A stretch of DNA of 64,000 bases from Eledone cirrhosa. Taxonomy: Eukaryota. The notes under the pieces are model-generated. The model had not been told where the DNA came from and did no database searches. It was given only the letters and a program-made list of their open reading frames with translations. The position numbers and the translations under genes were made by a program. Shown piece by piece: positions 60,580 to 64,000 of the stretch. Each line of letters begins with the position of its first letter. The first letter of the stretch is position 1. The stretch is from NCBI GenBank assembly GCA_964016885.1, contig OZ024740.1, positions 95,542,001 through 95,606,000 on the forward strand, read 5' to 3'.

Positions 60580-60624
60580 AATATTGCTGATGAGTTGTAA
60601 CAACAACGAAACTAGTTCAATATT
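60580..60624 (+). ncRNA. Minimal type-I hammerhead ribozyme, unit 3
   Basis: Identical to unit 1 motif. Confidence 0.9.
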
Positions 60625-61046
60625 CCTTGTCTGGCTTTCTGAAGAATAGAGGAAAGGTGTTTCCTCGAAAACCAGTATGACTCTAAAAACCGGTTTGTCT
60701 GTGTGTTTACATACAGAATAGCTGGGTTACTCACAGTAAAGTAACCAGTGAAAGACTTGTTACATCTACATATGTATACGTGTGTGTATTCATATGCATA
60801 CTAGTATTTCAGTATGCATATGTAGATGTACATTTTTAACTTAATTGTTTAAGCGTCAGTCATACAAAAGTGAGTTACAAACGAAACGAAATTTAATTTC
60901 GTTTCGTTATTTGTTTTTATCGTCTCCGCTGAACCGGTGCGTACTCACACTCTATGCAAATTAGTCTGCCCACTACTAATTTTCATAGAAAAAGCATATA
61001 ACGATATGTGCTTTTACGATTCTCCAGAAAGGCCGGTAGATAGGTA

Positions 61047-61091
61047 AATATTGCTGATGAGTTGTAACAACAACGAAACTAGTTCAATATT
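61047..61091 (+). ncRNA. Minimal type-I hammerhead ribozyme, unit 4
   Basis: Identical to unit 1 motif. Confidence 0.9.
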
Positions 61092-61307
61092 CCTTGTCTG
61101 GCTTTCTGGAGAATAGAGGAAAGGTGTTTCCTCGAAAACCAGTATGACTCTAAAAACCGGTTTGTCTGTGTGTTTACATACAGAATAGCTGGGTTACTCA
61201 CAGTAAAGTAACCAGTGAAAGACTTGTTACATCTACATATGTATACGTGTGTGTATTCATATGCATACTAGTATTTCAGTATGCATATGTAGATGTACAT
61301 TTTTAAC

Positions 61308-61366
<59 letters not shown>

Positions 61367-61384
61367 TATATATATATATGTATA

Positions 61385-62260
61385 TGTGTCAGAACAGTTC
61401 CAGGACTGATGTCACAAAATATTTATTGCAAACCCAAACTTCACACTAAGGGTTTTTCTCCTTCAAAGTAATCACCCTGGAGTATGTAACTGTAATGTTA
61501 GATCTCTGCAGCGATCAAACTTTTTTGTTTATAATTTGATATACATGTCCTCTGTTTCAGGTCGTCAAGCAATGAGCACAGAGCAACGAACAAACTTGAA
61601 GTTTCTGGTACGGTTGCGGAAAACCCCGTCAGAAGCACCGGGATTGCTGCTGTGTATGGAGATGAGACGATGTCACAGGCACGTGTTTTTGAGTCGTGCA
61701 AGATAGCCCCGAGAGCGAAAGGCCCTCAACAACCACGACTGAGGTCAACGTTGAGCGCGTCAGGCAGATGGTGCGTAGCGATCGTCGGCTGACTGTTCGA
61801 CTGATGTCAAATAAGCTGGGCATGGATCGGGACAGCGTTTGGAAGATTCTCACTGAAGATTTGGACATGCGGAACGTCTGCACGAAGATGGTGCCAAAAC
61901 TGCTGAACGATGACCAGAAGGTTCGACGCATGCAAGTGTGCCAGAACATCCTCGAGCGTCTTGAAATCGAACCAGACTTGCTAGGGAGAGTCATCACCGG
62001 TGATGAGTCATGGATCTTCGAGTATGACCCGGACGGGACCCGTTTTGAAGACGTGGACAACATCAAAAAGTCGTGACGACGGAACTGCGGAGGATCCCGG
62101 AAGAATCCTTCCGGGAGTGCATGTAAGCGTGGCAGAAAAGAATGGAAAAGTGCATTAGACTCCAGGGTGAATAATTTGAAGGACAACACACTTAGTGTGA
62201 AATTTGGGTTCGAAATAAATCTTTTGTGACATCAGTCCTGGAACTTTTCTGACACACCTG
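61385..62260 (+). mobile_element. Internally deleted mariner transposon with ~100-bp TIRs
   Basis: TIRs 61385-61482 / 62159-62256; MSTEQRTNLKF, DRRLTVR, MVPKLL; ITGDESWIFEYDP is joined directly to GTRFEDV, so the D2-D3 region is missing. Confidence 0.9.
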
Positions 62261-64000
62261 GGATATATATATTTTTTTAAATAGGGAAAATCTGTATAAT
62301 CGGTTACAGAAAATTACTCTCTGAAAACCTATATTGATTCTCGACAAAAAGTGTATGTAATTCTTATTAGACTCTTAACTCTAGGAGGTAATTAACATCT
62401 ATACATATGTTAGAATAGTGAGAATAAATTAGAGAGAAATATATTCATATAAGAATTAGTCTTCCTTTTTTGTTACTCTTTTAAAGCATATTGTGTAAAT
62501 TATATGTTCTAATTTACATTACCATTCCGTGTCTCAAAGTGCATTAAAAGGCATTCATTCATTGTTAACCTCAGTGTAAGTCCATGTTATATTTAATGAA
62601 CGTTATGATTCCTTTCTACATGAGATTATCATTTAAGTCACCGGCTATCATTATGCCTAGATCATTGTTTCATTACCATATTGAATACGCAAATATTATG
62701 AAGAAATATTAGAGTTGATTTCCGATTAAATTATAAAAAACATTAGAGGAAATCAAATATGTCCCGTAAAACGACGCACATGTTCATATTAGATAAGGTT
62801 TTCAAAGCTACATAGTATAGATCTGACATTCGTTTGCCATTACACTTTTAATGTAAAGAAAATCTTAGTGTAACAAAAGGAAATATAAAAATACGATGAT
62901 CCGATGACCTAATCAGATATTTGTAAAATCATGATGTAGCTAGTTATTTAAAATCAATTGTACTGGGTTCATTAATACATTTCATGTTCATATATACAAT
63001 GCTGTTTATTTGATCAATTTTGTCAGCGGATATGCTCTATATTGCGAAGGAAGGCAATCGACTTTGATGTACTCTATGAATTATTTAATTCATAAAACTT
63101 ATATTGTATATTTGAATAAAAATTAGTTGAATTTTATCAAGGTCATTTTGAGAGTTACATTCATACATTGACTGATTTTTACATGACTAAATAGTACAAA
63201 TTATGTAATTCTAATATAAAATAGGAAGAACAATTAGCATATATTTCATTGTATTTTCAGTAATGTTGTTCAAACATATGTAACACTGCTGAGGAAATAA
63301 TTGTTATAAGAATATGAATATTAAATGTCCATTAGGAATAATTGACGTACTATATCATTGATCAATTATATCATACCTGATGTAAATAAAATGGTCGATG
63401 ACATCAAATACAACAACCGCATGCCGTCGCTCATCTGGATATAGTTACCAGACAAATGACCTATCAAGTCATGATGTGGCATCTCAGATAAATAATTCTT
63501 AATAAGGTACAGAGCAGACAATTCTAAGAGGAAGGCAAACTTGAATAAAGTGATTCCTGTTCATTATTGGCTCTTTACTTTATCGACTCCGTAAAGATGA
63601 AAGGTAAAACTAATCTCACCAGTTTTGAACACAGAACGTAAAGGGCCGTACTGATTCATTCCTAACGATATTGAAAGACAAACTTGACAATTAATACGTG
63701 AGAAGAACGAGCTAGAATCAATGTGACATTAATATTTGGTTCATACGTATGATCGTCAAGAATTATATGGTGGTTGTATCGTAAATGCAAACAAAGGAGG
63801 TACATCGGTAGCGGAAAATATTTTAGTTATTGTATTATTGAAAATATTTTCATTATTGTATCGTCATATTGAAGCATACATTATCCTCCTAGTTTACCAC
63901 ACAAAAATAACCCAGAGTCCAAAAATACACATTTAAGCTGATACAGCAGGTTCGTGTTTCGTGAATAATCTGCTGGTCACCGATAATATACATATAACCA

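Larger units (their letters stand above)
59460..61313 (+). repeat. Tandem array of a 467-bp unit (~3.97 copies, ~99% identical); non-LTR retrozyme-like
   Basis: atacaaaagtgag at 59461, 59928, 60395 and 60862; no ORF; hammerhead in each unit. Confidence 0.97.

Noticed and set aside
59460-61313. CRISPR array or snRNA gene cluster
   Set aside because: Units are near-identical with no unique spacers; no recognisable U-snRNA, 5S or tRNA sequence

Overview
AT-rich animal genomic DNA dense in microsatellites; the SINEs resemble octopus/cephalopod families (inference). I recognise no host gene, and most listed ORFs are microsatellite or antisense artefacts. The window holds decayed Penelope-like elements (PLEs) with inverted pLTRs, three Tc1/mariner relics, RTE fragments and tRNA-derived SINEs. 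It also holds a ~21 kb pile-up (33.8-55.2 kb) of R4/Dong-like and Tx1-like LINEs nested in (TAA)n. The main signal is RNA-level. At 59460-61313 a ~99%-identical tandem array of a 467-bp, hairpin-rich, non-coding unit carries one intact minimal type-I hammerhead ribozyme per unit, which fits a non-LTR retrozyme/circRNA cassette. About nine other sequence-unrelated hammerhead families occur at 0.5-18 kb, most with palindromic (dimer-type) stem III and several with core variants. All ribozyme calls come from manual motif and pairing inspection; activity is untested.
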